The translations under genes and the position numbers were made by a program. Below are positions 34,146 through 47,172 of a DNA stretch of 64,000 bases, one piece after another; position 1 is the stretch's first letter; the number at the start of each line of letters is the position of its first letter. Below the pieces are notes generated by a model. It did not search any database, was not told the origin of the DNA, and worked only from the letters and a program-made list of their open reading frames with translations. This DNA is from Scenedesmus sp. PABB004 (Eukaryota). The stretch covers positions 124,001-188,000 of the forward strand of contig CM026547.1 in assembly GCA_014905635.1 (NCBI GenBank), written 5' to 3'.

Positions 34146-36357
34146 ATGTCCAGCACGGCGCGGCGGCGGCCGGTCGCGCCGGCGGCGCCGGCAGCAGCAG
34201 AAGCGCCGAAAGCTGCCGTCCACGCCGGCGCGCCCGCGCGGCGCGGTGCCGCCGGCGCCGCCGGCGCGCCCCTGGCTCGCCTGGCGCTGCTGGGCGCGGC
34301 GCTGGCGGCCGCCGCGGCAGCGCTCGGCGGCGCGTGGCTGCTGGCGCCGGCGTTGAACGAGCAGCCCGCGCCAGCGCTGCCGCCGGTCGGCACGGCGCGT
34401 GACACCGTGGTCGGCAACGCGACCATCAAGCCCGCGCTCGGCATCTTCCCGCGCGGCTGCAAGTGGCGCGACGTGAGCGTCGCGGGCGAGCCGCGCGTGC
34501 GGTACGAGTTCTGGCACGCCGGCGGCGCAGGCGGCGCCGCCGGCAGCGGCAACGTCACCGGCGGCGGCGGCGCCTGGCGCGCGCGCGCGCCCGCGCGCGT
34601 GCACGCTCGGCGGCCTCGCCGCGCCGGCGGGCGGTCCGTGGGCCTTCCACAAGGGCAGCCCGCGCACCGAGGTCGTGCCCGCGGATCACCACGTGACCTA
34701 CAGCAACCTCTGGTACAACGCCGGCCGCTGGTACGCGCTCGTCGAGGGCGACCGCGCGGTCGCGCCGTGGCGGTTCAGCAAGAACCAGGAGGTCGCGCCG
34801 CTGCACGTCGCCGACGCGGGCGCGTGGGCGGCCAGCGTGCGCTGGCGCGCCGTGCCCGGCGACACGCTGCTGTTTGACTACATCTTTTTCGTCCACCCCA
34901 CCGCGATCGGGCACTGGTGGGAGATGATGGCGCCCCTGTACTCGGTGCTGAAGGCCTCGCGCGGCGCGGCGCGCGGGCGCGGGCGCGGCCGCGGCGGCGG
35001 CGGCGACGCGCCGTTTGCGCGGCCGGCCGACCAGGTCGTGCTGCTGCACCTGCAGCGCACGCACCTCATGGAGTGGGTGCGCGCGGTCATGGCGGTCGGG
35101 CTCGGCGTGCCGCGCGGCGGCGAGCTGCCGCCGATCCTGCTGCAGACGGCGGGCGACGCCGTGTGGCAGCAGCTCGGTGCGCGGCGCGGGCGCGCGGGCG
35201 CGGCACCACCTTGCGCGCCGCGGCGCTGCCAGTGCGGCGCGCGCGGCTGACGCGCGGCCGGCCGCCGCGCCCGCCCGCAGTGATGCCGCTGGAGGGCGTC
35301 GCGCCGGACGAGTGGGTGGTTTTTGACCGCGCCCTCATCGTGCGGTGAGCTGGGCTGCCTGCCGCTGCCGCAGCCGCATGCTCGGCGGTCTGGCGTGCAG
35401 GCGCGGCCCGCTGAGGCCGACACGTCCGCACCGCGCAGGGACCTGTTCACGGGCGGCGGCCGCAGCTTCACCAGCACCGCCGACGCGCGGGCGTTCAGGG
35501 CGGAAGTTTACCAGGCATACGGTGCGGGGCGGCGGCTCCAGCGGCGCGCCGCGGTCAGCAGCCTGCGGCAAACACGCCGCCGCCGCCGCTGCGTCCGCCG
35601 CATCCGCGTCGCCGTCGCCGCGCCCAGGCCTGCCGCCGCCGGGGCGGCGGCGGCGCGTGCCGCGGGTGATCACGTTCCAGCGCAAGGCCGCCAACCGGCG
35701 CGTCACGAACGAGGCGGGCCTGCTCGCGCTGCTCGCGCGCTACGGCCGCGTGCACGTGGTCGAGTTCAACGCGAGCACCTCGTTCGCCGACCAGCTCGCC
35801 ACGATGGCGGCGACGGGCGTGTTTGTGTCGGCGCACACCAGCAACCTCGCCAACGCGGTCTTCCTGCAGCCCGGCAGCGCCGTCGTGGAGCTCATACAGC
35901 GCCACTGGACGTGGAACCGCATCGACCAGAGCTTCCGCGACCACACCACCGCGCTCGGCGACGTGCACCACTTTGCGTGGCGCGCGAACCGCGCCAACGA
36001 GAGCACCTACCTCTCCCCCCGCGACGCCGCGCGGTGCGGCGCGCGGCGCGCGGGCGGCGCGCCCCGCCCCGCCGCGCCGCGCCGCGCCGCGCCGCGCCGC
36101 GCCGCGCCGCGCCGCGCCGCGCCGCGTCCGCCCCACCCCCTCCGCCGGCGCGGGCGCGGGCGCTGCGGGGCGGCGGCAGGTTTGCCGACTGGACGACGGC
36201 CGAGTGCGTGACGGAGGACTGCACCGAGGCCTCCACGCGCGTCGACATCACCGTGGACCTGCCCGCGCTGCAGGCGCTGCTCGACAGCCGCCTGCCGCTC
36301 GTGTTTGCCGGCGCGAGCGTCGCACGCGCGGCACTGCCGTGGCCCGACGCGCTGTGA
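34146..36357 (+). CDS. Type II membrane glycosyltransferase family 61 (DUF563)-like protein
   Basis: N-terminal TM segment; GHWWEMM; FQRKAANRRVTNE..SFADQLATMAATGVFVSAHTSNLANAVFLQPGSAVVEL is a GT61-type C-terminal motif. Apparent frameshift near 34580-34600. Confidence 0.8.
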
Positions 36358-36495
36358 CCCCCGCCGGCGCGTCTGCGTGCTCGCCCGCGCCGCACGGCCG
36401 GCGCGCGTGCTGCTGCTGCGCTCAGAGTCCGACGTTTCTCGACCGGGACGGCGGCCAGGTCGCTCTCGTTGCACGCGGTGGCCGCGCCGCCGCCG

Positions 36496-36966
36496 TCAGC
36501 GCCAGCCGCGCGCCGCGTTGAGCGGCTCATCAAAGCTGACGTGCCACCCCGCCTCGCAGCCGAGCGCCCCCTCGGCCTCCGCCCCGCAGCAGTCCCAAAA
36601 ACGCAGCAGCCCGCGCCGTCCGACCACCGCTTCTAACTGGTCCTCTGCTCGCTCGCTCGCGCGCACAAAGCCGATCGCCTTGGCGACCTCGCCGCCGCTG
36701 AAGAGCGCCGGGTGATACCGGCACGCGGTCGCGCTGTTCTCGTCCGGGGCGAACGCCGTCTTGCACCGCGCGCAGGTGATCGTGCCCGCCGCTGCCGCCG
36801 TGCCCGCCTGCGCCGCCACTGCCGCCAGCAGCTCGCCGGGCCGCCGCCGCAGCCGCGCGGGCAGCTGCTGCTGCGACGGCCACGGCTTCAGCGGCGGCGC
36901 CGGTCGCAGCAGCGGCCGCGCCGGCAGCAGCAGCGGCACCGGCAGCGGCGTGCGCAGGGTCAGCAT
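36496..36966 (-). CDS. Small Cys/His zinc-binding protein (CHORD/Btk-motif-like) with probable plastid transit peptide
   Basis: Single ORF: CARCK..N...ACRYHP...FWDCCG...GC..GWH. Confidence 0.75.
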   Translation of the reverse strand: MLTLRTPLPVPLLLPARPLLRPAPPLKPWPSQQQLPARLRRRPGELLAAVAAQAGTAAAAGTITCARCKTAFAPDENSATACRYHPALFSGGEVAKAIGFVRASERAEDQLEAVVGRRGLLRFWDCCGAEAEGALGCEAGWHVSFDEPLNAARGWR

Positions 36967-37373
36967 CACTGGTGAGCGGGCAGCAGGAGGTGGTGAGGGA
37001 CGAGTGTGGGAGCGGGGGCCAAGCGGCGGCGGGCTTGGGCGGCGCGGCGCCGCTCAGCTGTCGCGACGCTCCAAAGCCCTCGCTGCACGCGGCTGCGGCC
37101 CGCGCGCCGCCCCGCCACAGCCCGCGCTCCCCACTGCTGCCCCCGGACGCTCCGCGCAGAGAGCCAGGCGTCCGCGACCCCAGGCGCACCAGAGTGCGTC
37201 TGCATCCGCCCAGCTCCCCGCGGCCGCGCAGCGCCTGCTCTCTGGGGCCCCCGCGGCTCGCCGAGAGACCCGGCGCCACACTCACGGAGCCCGCCTCGCG
37301 CCGTCACCGCTCCGCCGCAGGCGGCGCGGGCGCCGACAGCAGCGCAGCAGCAGCGCCGCGGCGCGCAGCAGCC

Positions 37374-39743
37374 ATGACGGCGCTCCCGCTGCCCGCGCGG
37401 GAGCTCTTCATCAACGGCCGCTGGGTGCGCTGGCGCCGCGGCGGCGCCGGCCGGTGTAGGGAGCTGCCGCGCGCGGCTGGCCGCAGGGCCGACGCCGCTC
37501 CGCCCACGCCGCGCCGCCGCGCCGCAGGTCGCGCCGGCGCAGGGGCGCTACCTGGACGTGGTCAGCCCCGCGACCGAGCGTGTCATCGGGCGCGTGCCCG
37601 CGGGCAGCGCGGAGGACGTCGACGCCGCCGTCGCGGCCGCGACGGCGGCGCACCGCGCGGGCGTGTGGGGCCGCCTCACCGGCGCGCGCCGCGCCGAGGT
37701 GCTGCGCGCGATCGCGGCCAAGGTGCGGGACAGCAAGGCTGCGCTGGCCAACTACGAGACGCAGGACATGGGCAAGCCCATCGACGAGGCGGAGTGGGAC
37801 ATGGACGACGTCGCGGGCTGCTTTGACTTTTACGCCGGCCTCGCCGAGGCGCTCGACGGCCAGCAGGACGAGGCCATCGACGTGGGCATGGCCGAGTTTG
37901 CCGTGCGCGTGCGCCGCGAGCCGCTCGGCGTCGTGGGGCTCATCACGCCCTGGAACTACCCGCTGCTCATGGCCACGGTGCGGGCGCGGCCGCGGCGAGC
38001 GGCGGCACAGGCGGCGGCGGCGCGGGGCGCTCTCATCACACTGTGGCAAGGCCGGGTGCCGGGGCCGCGCACGCGGCGCGGCGCGCGGCGCGCGGCGGGC
38101 GTGGGCGAACGCGCGCGCCGGCGCCGCCGCACCGCAGTGGAAGGTCGCGCCCGCGCTGGCGGCGGGCAACTGCTGCGTGCTCAAGCCGAGCGAGCTGGCG
38201 AGCGTGACGTGCCTGGAGCTGGCTGGGCTCGCGGCCAAGGCGGGCCTGCCGCCGGGCGTGCTCAACGTGGTGACGGGGCTCGGCCCCGACGCCGGCGCGC
38301 CGCTCAGGTGCGCGCGCGAAGATCGCGTGATGGCGTGTGCGCCGGCGACGCCACCGCGTGCGCAGAAGCGGGGGGCCGCCCGCCCGAGCGGGCCCGCTCG
38401 AGCGCGCCCGCCTGAGCGCAGCCGCACCGCCGCCGCACCCGCCGCAGCGCGCACCCGGGGCTGGCCAAGGTCGCGTTTACCGGCAGCAGCGCCACGGGGC
38501 GCCGCGTCGCGGCGGCGGCGGTCGGCAACCTGCGGCCGGCGACGATGGAGCTGGGCGGCAAGAGCTGCCTCATCATCTTTGATGACGCCGGTGCGGCGGC
38601 GGCCGCCGGGACGGCTGCACCGCGTGCTCTGGCACGCCTGCCCCGCTCGGCTCACGCGCGCGCACGCTCCGCACGCGCGCCCGCGGCGGCGGCGGCGCAG
38701 AGCTGGACAAGGCGGTCGAGTGGGTGATGTTCGGCGCGTTCTGGACCAACGGCCAGATCTGCAGCGCCACCAGCCGCGTGCTCATCCACGAGAGGTGCGC
38801 GCGGCGCGCGGCGGCAGCGGCGCACACGGCCTCGTCGCGCCCGACTCGCAACTAACACCCACCCGCGCGCCGCGCAGCGTGGCGGAGCCCTTTTACGCCA
38901 AGCTCGCGTCGCGCGCGGCGTCGATCAAGATCGGCGACCCGCTCGCCCCCGGGTGCCGCATGGGGCCCATCGTCTCGGCCGCGCAGTATGAGCGCGTGCG
39001 CGGCTACGTGCAGGTGCGTGCGCACAGCACGCCCAGCACGCGCGACGCGCGCGCGGCGCAGGGGCGCCGCGCCGCCCCGGCCCACGCGCCGCGCCGCGCC
39101 GCGCACGCCGCCCCGTCGCGCAGGTCGGCCTGGACGGCGGCGCGAAGCTGCTGACGGGCGGGCGCCGCCCGCCGGCGTGCCCGTCGGGCTTCTACCTCGA
39201 GCCCACGGTCTTTGTCGGCGTCACGCCCAGCATGCGCATCTGGAAGGAGGAGATCTTCGGGCCCGTGCTGGCGGGTGCGCGGCGCCGCGAGCGCCGCACG
39301 CGCCGCACGGCAGCGCGCCTGGCGCGGCGCGGCGGGCGCGCGGGCGCCGGGCGGCGCCGGCGGCGCTCGCCGCGCGCGCTCACCACCGTGCTCGCGCGCC
39401 GCGCCCCCCGCGCCCGCGCGCAGTCGGCACGTTCCGCACCGAGGCCGAGGCGGTGTCGCTGGCCAACGACAGCGAGTATGGTCTGGCTGGCGCGGTCATC
39501 AGCGCCGACGCGGAGCGCTGCCGGCGCGTGGCCGAGGCGCTGGAGGTGGGCATCGTGTGGGTGGGCTGCAGCCAGCCCTGCTTCTGCCAGGCGCCGTGGG
39601 GCGGCAACAAGAACAGCGGCTTTGGGCGCGAGCTCGGGCGCTGGGGGCTGGACAATTTCCTGAGCGTCAAGCAGGTCACCACCTACGTCAGCGCCGACCC
39701 CTGGGACTGGTACTCGCCGCCCAAGAGCCCCTCCAAGCTCTAG
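37374..39743 (+). CDS. ALDH10: Betaine/amino-aldehyde dehydrogenase (ALDH10), peroxisomal
   Basis: [79 protein letters not shown] and C-terminal SKL (PTS1). TGTAA at 39830-39834. Confidence 0.95.
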
Positions 39744-39829
39744 AGAGCTGTGGCGGGGGAGGGCGCCCGCGCGCGCGCCGGCGGCGCGGTGGGGCGTCGT
39801 CGGCGGCCGCGCTGGCGGCCTTGTGTTTG

Positions 39830-39834
39830 TGTAA
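39830..39834 (+). promoter_or_regulatory. TGTAA chlorophyte polyadenylation signal (others: 5165, 49312, 52769, 55672 on +; 52786 and 58146 on -)
   Basis: The pentamer recurs downstream of the stop codons of correctly oriented genes (at 52769 it overlaps the stop). Confidence 0.75.
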
Positions 39835-39910
39835 CAACAGCCTCTCGACCCGGCACGCCCCCAACTGCCTCCCTGGCCCTTCACGGCCGGCGCCCGCTCC
39901 CCCGCCGCGC

Positions 39911-41887
39911 TCACTCGTCCGCCGTGCACGTGCCGCCGCCGCCGCGCCGGCTGTGCGCGGCGCCCTGCCTGCTGTACCCGAGCGCCCAGCCGAGCGCGAG
40001 CAGCCCCGCGATGCGCAGGAAGCTGCCAAGCAGGCGGCGCAGGCCCGGCAGCGCGCGCGAGAGTCGGCCCGGCGGCTGCTGCGCGCGCCAGAGGTCCAGC
40101 AGCAGCCCGGGGCGCGGCTTGGAGCCTGCGCCCCAGGGAGCAGCGCCGGCAGCGGCGGTGAGCGACGTCGAGCGCCAGTGCGGCGCTGTGCTGCGGGCTG
40201 AGCGGCCCGCGCACCAGTGTTGAGCGCGCGGCGGCGGTGCGCCTGCCACCAGTGCCGGTCGCGCGCCTTGGCCGCCGCGGCCTCGCCCTGGCCCTCCACC
40301 AGCAGCCGCGCGTCGGGCAGGTGCAGCCGGAGGCGGCGCGGGAGCACCTCGAACAGCAGCCTGCGCGCGGCCGAGCCGGGGCGGGCGGCGTGGGCGGCGG
40401 GCGCCCGGCCGCGCGCATGTGGCATTGCGGCGCCCGCAGCAACGGCTCGCGGCGCGCGCCTGCTGCTCGGCGGCGTGGGCTCGCCGTCGACGTTGCAGCG
40501 GACGTCGCACGGGGCCTCCAACAGCATCCAAGGCACGCGCAGCAGGCGCAGCCCGCTGCGCGCGGCGCCGAGGCCGCTGGCCATCACGTCCGACGCGAGC
40601 GCCGCGACCTGCGCGCCGCGCACAGGCAGGAGGGCGGCCGTCGGCGCGCGCCTGGCCGCCGGCGCTGCCGCCGCCCGCATGGCGCTGCCGCCCACGCGCG
40701 CCTGGCCGCCGGCGCTGGCGCCGAAGAGCAGCGTGACGTCGAGCAGGCCGTCGTCGAGCAGCGCGTCCGGGCAGACGTTGACCATGCGCCCCATCTGCCG
40801 CGCCGCGCCCGCGGCGAGCACGAGCAGGTCGCCGCGCAGCGTGGCCATCTCGTCCGGCGTCGCCTCGCCGGGCCGCGTGTCGAGGGACGTGGGGACGGTC
40901 AGGACGACGCCGGGGATGGGACGCAGCCCGCCGCCGACCAGCAGCTGGCGCGCGGCTGCGGGCGGCGCGGCGGCGGCGTGTCGGCGGCCTCGGCCGGCGC
41001 GCGCGGCGGCCGCCGGCGGTGCGCGGCGGCGCACCCGCGACCGCCACCGCGGCCGGGCCCAGCACGCGCTTGAGCGTCGGGCTCATGTCCTGCCACGGCC
41101 GCAGCGGCGGCGCGCGTGGCGGTCACGCGCGCGCGCTCCTCAGCAGCGGCGTGCGCGCCCGGCAGCCGCGTCCGGCCGCCGCACCTTGCTGGACACCTCG
41201 CTCACGGGGCCCGCGGTGGCGAGGTTCATGAAGACCTGGCCGTTGACCAGCGCCACGTCCACGGGCCGCGCGGTGCCGGGGTCCAGCGCCAGGCGCAGCG
41301 CCTCGGCGGGGTCCTGAGCGGGCGGGCGGCGGCGCGCGGCGCGTGGGCGGCGTGGGCGCGTGCGGCGCCGCTGCGTCGCCGCCCCCCGCGCCACGCCGTG
41401 CCCGCACCAGCGAGATGCCCGCCGCACACGCGAGGTCGTTGGCGGTGCCCAGCGGCAGCTGCGCGACCGCGAGCTCGCGTGGCGCGCCGTGCTTGAGCAT
41501 TGCGGCAACCACCTCGTTCAGCGTGCCGTCGCCGCCGCCCGCGACGAGCGCGTCGTAGCGCTGGCTGCCCCACAGCTCCACCGCCTCGCGCACAAACGCG
41601 TCCACGTCGCCGCTGTCCCACGTCACGCGCACCGTGAGCTGTTGACGCGGCCACGCGGTGGCGGCGGCTCGCGGTTGGCAACCGCACACCGCCACGCGCG
41701 TGCCGGGCGCGCTGCACGCTGCGCACCGCGCGCGCACCGTGTGGCCCTCGTCCTTGAGGCCCGCGATCGCGCGGCGCACCAGGTCGTCCTCGATCCGCTG
41801 CCCGTGCAGGATGACGAGCAGGCGGCGGCGCCCCGCGGCGGCGGCGCCGCGCGCCCCGATCTCGCCGGCCCCCGCGGCGGCGGCCAT
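39911..41887 (-). CDS. YegS/diacylglycerol-kinase-family lipid kinase, copy 2 (inverted paralog)
   Basis: LLVILHGQRI..GGGDGTLNEVV..PLGTANDLA..GAARQMG..CPDALLDDGLLD..NVDGEP, with a C-terminal hydrophobic segment. Confidence 0.9.
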
Positions 41888-42382
41888 GGCCGGCGGCGCC
41901 GCTTCGGCGCGCGAAGCTGCGAGCGCGGCGACGTCGTGAAGGTGCGAGCCGCCCGCAAGGATCCGAGCCGCGGTGGTGCTCGCGGTGTGGCGCGGGGGAT
42001 GCCAGGAGACGCAGCCGCCGGGCGGGCTTGCAGCACTGCGGCGGCGGCGCGCGGGCGGTCGCGAGGTTTCGCCGTGACGCAGGGCTGCTGCAGCGCCGCA
42101 GCGCCCGGTCGCCCCGCTGCAAACGCCTGCAATCCTGTGTTCAGCTCTCTGCCCGCTGCAGCAGGGCTGCTCCTCGCAGGCAGCTGCGCCGCTCGCAAAG
42201 CGGCGCCCTCTCTGCTCTCGCACTGCGGCGTGGGGGCGCCTCCGCCGCCAATCGCGGACGGCAGCTTCCCGCTCGGTTTGCCGCGCCCCCGCGCAGCGCC
42301 AGCGCCAGCAGGCACCGGCACGGCACCGGCAGCAGCGCCGGCGCGCGGCAGCAGTACCCAACGCGCGGCACCGGCAGCAGCG

Positions 42383-45300
42383 ATGGCGGCGGCGAGCTCG
42401 GGCGGTCGCGACGACACCTGGTTCACCCAGGAGGTCTCGGTGCCGGAGCCGCTCAAGCTGGGCCCGCTGTCGGCGACGTCGAGCGCCAGCTCCGCGAGCA
42501 GCCTGGGTGCGGCGCCTGCGCCCGCGCCGCCGCGCCCGCGCCTGCGCCGGCGCCGGCGCCGGCGCCGGCGCCGGCGCCCACACCGCCGCCACCGGCGCGC
42601 AGAACTGGAGGTGTCCCGCCTCGCGCAGGCGCTGCGGCGCATCAGCGCGCCCGTGTCCATCACCGCGGTCGACTACTCGTGCACGCGGGCGCGCTTCTAC
42701 TCCGGTGCGCCGCGCCGCGCCGCCCGGCCGCCTGCGTGCCGCGGTGCGCCGCTGGCCGCGAGCCCGCGCGCGCGGCGCCGCCGCGGCCGCAGACCTGGAC
42801 GGAACCAACCTCGGCGCCTTTCTGTCGTCGCCGCGGCCCGCGTGGTCGGCGGTGCGCTGGCTGGTCGTCGACGGCGTGGACGGCGGCGTGCTGCAGGCGC
42901 GGCGCGGCGGCGGGGCCGCACGACGACGCGGCCGCGCGGGGCAGGCCGCACGGCGTGCGCACGGCGCGCGCACGCCGCGCGCATGCCGACGCGTCGCCGC
43001 CGCCGCCGCCGCCGCGTCTCGCAGCTGCTGGCCGAGGCGTACGACCTTCACCCGCTGGCGATCGAGGACGTGCTGACGTTCCAGCGCATCAAGAGCGTCA
43101 CGTAAGGGTTGAAGGAGTTAGGGAGTTTTAGGGTTTAGGGTAAGGGTGACGGGCGGCCTCAAGAGCGCCACGCACGCCCCGCCGCGTCAGGTACGGCGGG
43201 CACACCCACGTCGCGGCGCACCTGTGGTCGCTCAAAAAGTACAAGGCGCAGCACGACGGCGCCCTCGCCTGCCCGCTGCGCCCGGGCGCGGGGCCGGGCG
43301 CCGCCGGCGCGGCGGCGTGCCCGCTGCCGCCGGCGGTCGCGCGCGCGCGCGGCGCGGCACCGGTGCCGCTGTGGGAGAGCCGGCACGGCGGCGCCGAGTT
43401 TGGCGGCCGCGCGACGCCGAGCGGCGCCAGCGACGGCGGCGCGGCGAAGCAGCAGCAGTCCGAGTGGCGCGTCGACCTGGGCGGCGCCGGCGGCGGCGGC
43501 GCCGGCGGCGGCGGCGCCGGCGCCGCCCGGGCGCCGCCGGCGGGCCGCCCTGGCACCGCCGCGCGGCGCGCGGCCGAAAAGGCGGCGGAGCGGCTTGCCG
43601 CGGAGCTGCTTGACGTGAGTGAGAGCGAGCTGAGCCTGAGCAGCATCGACAGCGGCCTCGCCGACGACCACGGACCGGCCTCGGAGGCCGAGGGCTCGGG
43701 CGACACGCCGGTGAGCGGGGCGCCGCCGCGGGCCGCCGCCATGCGCGCGCGGCGCGCCGCCAAGCGCACCGGCCTGTTACGCAGGCCGAGGCGGGCGCGC
43801 GCGACCGCATCGGCGGCTGCGCATACGGGCGGCGGCACGATGCCAGCGTCACCGATTACAACGGCTGCCCGGAGCGGGAGAAGGCGCGGGAGCAGGCGCG
43901 CGCCGAGGCGCTGGCGCGGGCGCAGGCGGAGACGCAGGGCGGCCCGGCGGCGGAGGCGCCGGCGGCGCAGGCGTCCGAGCCTCAAGCGGGGGCGCCGCCG
44001 CACCGGCCGCCGCACCGGCACCACGGCAGCGGCAGCGGGCACCACCGCCACGGCCCCGCGCTCAGCCGGGAGCTGCTGGCGGCGCACGAGGCGGCGCAGA
44101 GCCCCGCCGACCGCACCGCTGAGGCGCTGGCGCGCGCCGGCGTGCTGCCGCCGCCAGCCCAGACGCCGCCGGGGCCGCCCGCGGAGCCGGCCGAGGCGCC
44201 CCGGCTGCCCACGCTGCTCGACGCGCCGCCGCCGGGCTCCGACTCGCACCACGGCAGCCTGGAGCTGGCGGACAACAGCCCCGCGGGCAGCCCGACGTCC
44301 CCCGACGCCGGCGGCCTCGCCGGCGCCCGCGGCGCCGCGGCCGAGGCGCGGCCGCCGCCGCCGGCGCCGGCGCCGCGGCGCGCGAGCCGCGCCGCCGGCG
44401 ACGTGAGCGTCGGCGGCTACGCGGGCCGCGGCGCATCTGGGGGCGGCGGCGTGAAGCTCGTGCTGCCGCTGCACTCGAGCGCGTTCAACTACCGCCCCAC
44501 CTCGACCTGCCTCAAGCGCCGCCGGCTGATGATGCAGCAGGTCTCGATCTTCCTGCACCACAGCGGCACGCTCATCTCCATCTTCCCAGGCCAGGCCGCC
44601 GGCGGCGGCTCCGCGGCGGCCAAGGCGCGGCGCGCCGCACGCGCCGGCCCCGCCCCGCGGCGCGCGCGCGCGCGCGCCGCGGTGGCGGCCCACGCGCGTG
44701 CCGCGGCGCCTGCGCCGCCGCAGGTTGCGGGGCCGCTGCTGCGCGCGATCCGTGGCATGTCGAGCCTCGTGCTGGAGAGCGAGGACGCAAGCTTCCTCAT
44801 GCAGGCGCGGGCGGGCGCGCGGGCGCGCGTTGGGGCGCGTGTCGTTGGGGCACGTGTTGTTGGCCGGCCGCGTGCGGGAGGGCGTGCAGCGTGGGGGCAG
44901 GGCCTGCGGCGCTCGGGGGCCTGCGCTGCGGCCGACGGCGCCCGCGGCCGCGCCCACTGCACCCCCCGCCAGGCGCTGCTGCGGAGCTGCATGAGCTACA
45001 GTCTCCCTGTCTTCAGCCGCATCGCCGACCTGGTGCGCCGACGCACCGACAGCGCCGGGGCGCGCGCGCGGCGGCGGGCTCGGGCCGCGGGGCTCGAGCG
45101 TGCCCACGCGCGGCGCCGCAGGGCCGCACCCCGCGGGGTCGCACGCCGCCGCGCCGCGCCGCCGCCGCGCGCCGCGCAGGTGGGGCGCCTGGACGCGCGC
45201 GTGCTGGAGGGCCGCGCCGCGATGAAGCTCACGCGCCGCCTGCACGTGCTCTACATCGACCTCGCCATCCTCGCGCGCAGGTGGCGGGCGGGGCCGCGGG

Positions 45301-45550
45301 GTTTAGGGCTGCGCGCCAGGGGGCAGTTTAGGGCTCACAGGGCGCAGTGGCTGCGGCTGGGGGCTTGGGCGCGTCGGGGGTGAGCGGGGCTGCGGGCCGG
45401 GGCGCCGACGCCGCCGCCGACGCCGCCGCGCGACCCCCGCAGCTTCCAGCCGATGCAGACGCTGCTCGCGGCGCTGGCGCACAGCAGCAGCAGCGTGTCG
45501 TTCTGGACCAACGGCAGCCCCCGCATGATCATGCCCCAGCACGGCAGCGG

Positions 45551-45581
<31 letters not shown>

Positions 45582-47172
45582 GGCACCGCCGGCGGCACCG
45601 CCGGCGGCTCGAGCAGCATTGAAGGCAGCAGCGGTGGCGGTGCGGCCGCCCGGCGCCGCGAGCGGCGGCGCGGCAGCGCGGTGCGGCAGGCGCCGCGCGG
45701 CAGCGAGGGCGCCGCGCCCGGCGCGGGCGGCGCCGCGCCCGGCACGGGCGCCACCACGGGCGGCAGCAGCCCCGGCGGCGGCGGCGGCAGCAGCGGCAGC
45801 AGCAGCAGCGGCAGCAGCGACGCGCCCGTGATCATCAGCCGCCTCGCCAAGCTCTACCTGGAAGACCTGATGGACCAGGTGGGCGCTGGGTTTAGGGCAT
45901 TGCTGGGTTTTAGGGCAGTGAAGGCCCCGCTCTCATGAGAACAGCCCTGCCTAGAGCTCTCGGCTCGTACGCGGCGGAGCGAGGGTGCGGGGCGGACTAC
46001 GACCCGCGACGCGCGCCCCCGCCGACCGCCGACCACCGCCGCCGCCGCGTCCCCAGGCCGACGCCGTCGCGGCCGACCTTAGCGCGCTCACGGAGCACAT
46101 CGCGCGCCTGGTGCGCCGCTGGCGGCCTGGCGCCCGCGCCGCGGCCCCTCCCTCCCTTTCCTTTTCACACCCGCCGCCGCCGCCGGTGCTGCAGAACGAG
46201 CTGGTCGTGTCGTCGGTGTCCCACGGCAACGAGAACGCCAACATGACCCTCGCCCTCATCGGCACGGTGCGCGGCGCGGCCTGCAGCGGCCGCGACACGG
46301 CCGTCGCGGCAGCGGCGGGCCCCCGCGCTGGGCTGCCCCGCGGCCGCCGCGCCCACGCGCCGCCCACGCGCGCGGCCGCTGCCGCCTGTCGCCACCGCCT
46401 GGCGCCGCAGGTCTTCCTGCCGCTCACGTGGATCGCGGGTGCGGCGGGGGCGCTGCTATGCTCGCCGGGGCGCTGCGCGCGCGCTTGCGGCGCACCCTCG
46501 CGCCCCGCCCGCGCGCCGCCACGCTTTCAAACCCGCCGTTCAAACCCCCCGTTCAAATGCCCCTCAGGCATCTACGGCATGAACTTCGAAGTCATCCCTG
46601 AGCTCCACTGGGTGCGTGCGCCGCCGGCGGCGCGGCGCCGCCCGCGGCCAGGCCGCAGCGCCGCCTCCGCCCACACGCCCCGCCCTGCCTCGCCCCTCGC
46701 CCATCACCCCGCCTCGCCCCTTTGCCCCCGCCCCACTCCCTGCGCCCGCCCCGCCCTCAGTCGTGGGGGTACGAATACTTTTGGATGCTCTGCGTCGGTG
46801 CGGCTCCGCATGGGGGCGCACGCCCAGACCGGCGCACCCCGACCGCCGCGCCCTGACTGCCGCGCCGCGCCGCCGCCGCCGCACCGCAGTCGTGACGTGC
46901 GCCGCGCTGGTGCTGATGTGGCGCATGCGGCTGATCAAGGTGCGCCGGGCGGTCAGGGCGCGCGCCGGACGGCCGCGGCGGGGGGCCGCGCGCGTCGCGC
47001 CGGGGGTCGCTGGCTCACGCGCGCCGCGTGCCCGCCCGCCCCGCAGTTCAAGCCGCCGCCAGCGCTGCGCCGCGCGAAGCGCTGGTTCAAGCGCACCGCG
47101 CTGCGCCTGCTGATCGGCGTGGCGCGGCCGCGGCGCGGCGCGGTGCGGCAGGCGCGCGCCAAGACCGCGTGA
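42383..47172 (+). CDS. CorA-family Mg2+/divalent cation transporter, multi-exon
   Basis: VRWLVVDG, YDLHPLAIEDVL, QQVSIFL, LYLEDLMDQ, NMTLALIGT|VFLPLTWIA|GIYGMNFEVIPELHW (GMN signature) followed by a second TM helix. Confidence 0.9.
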
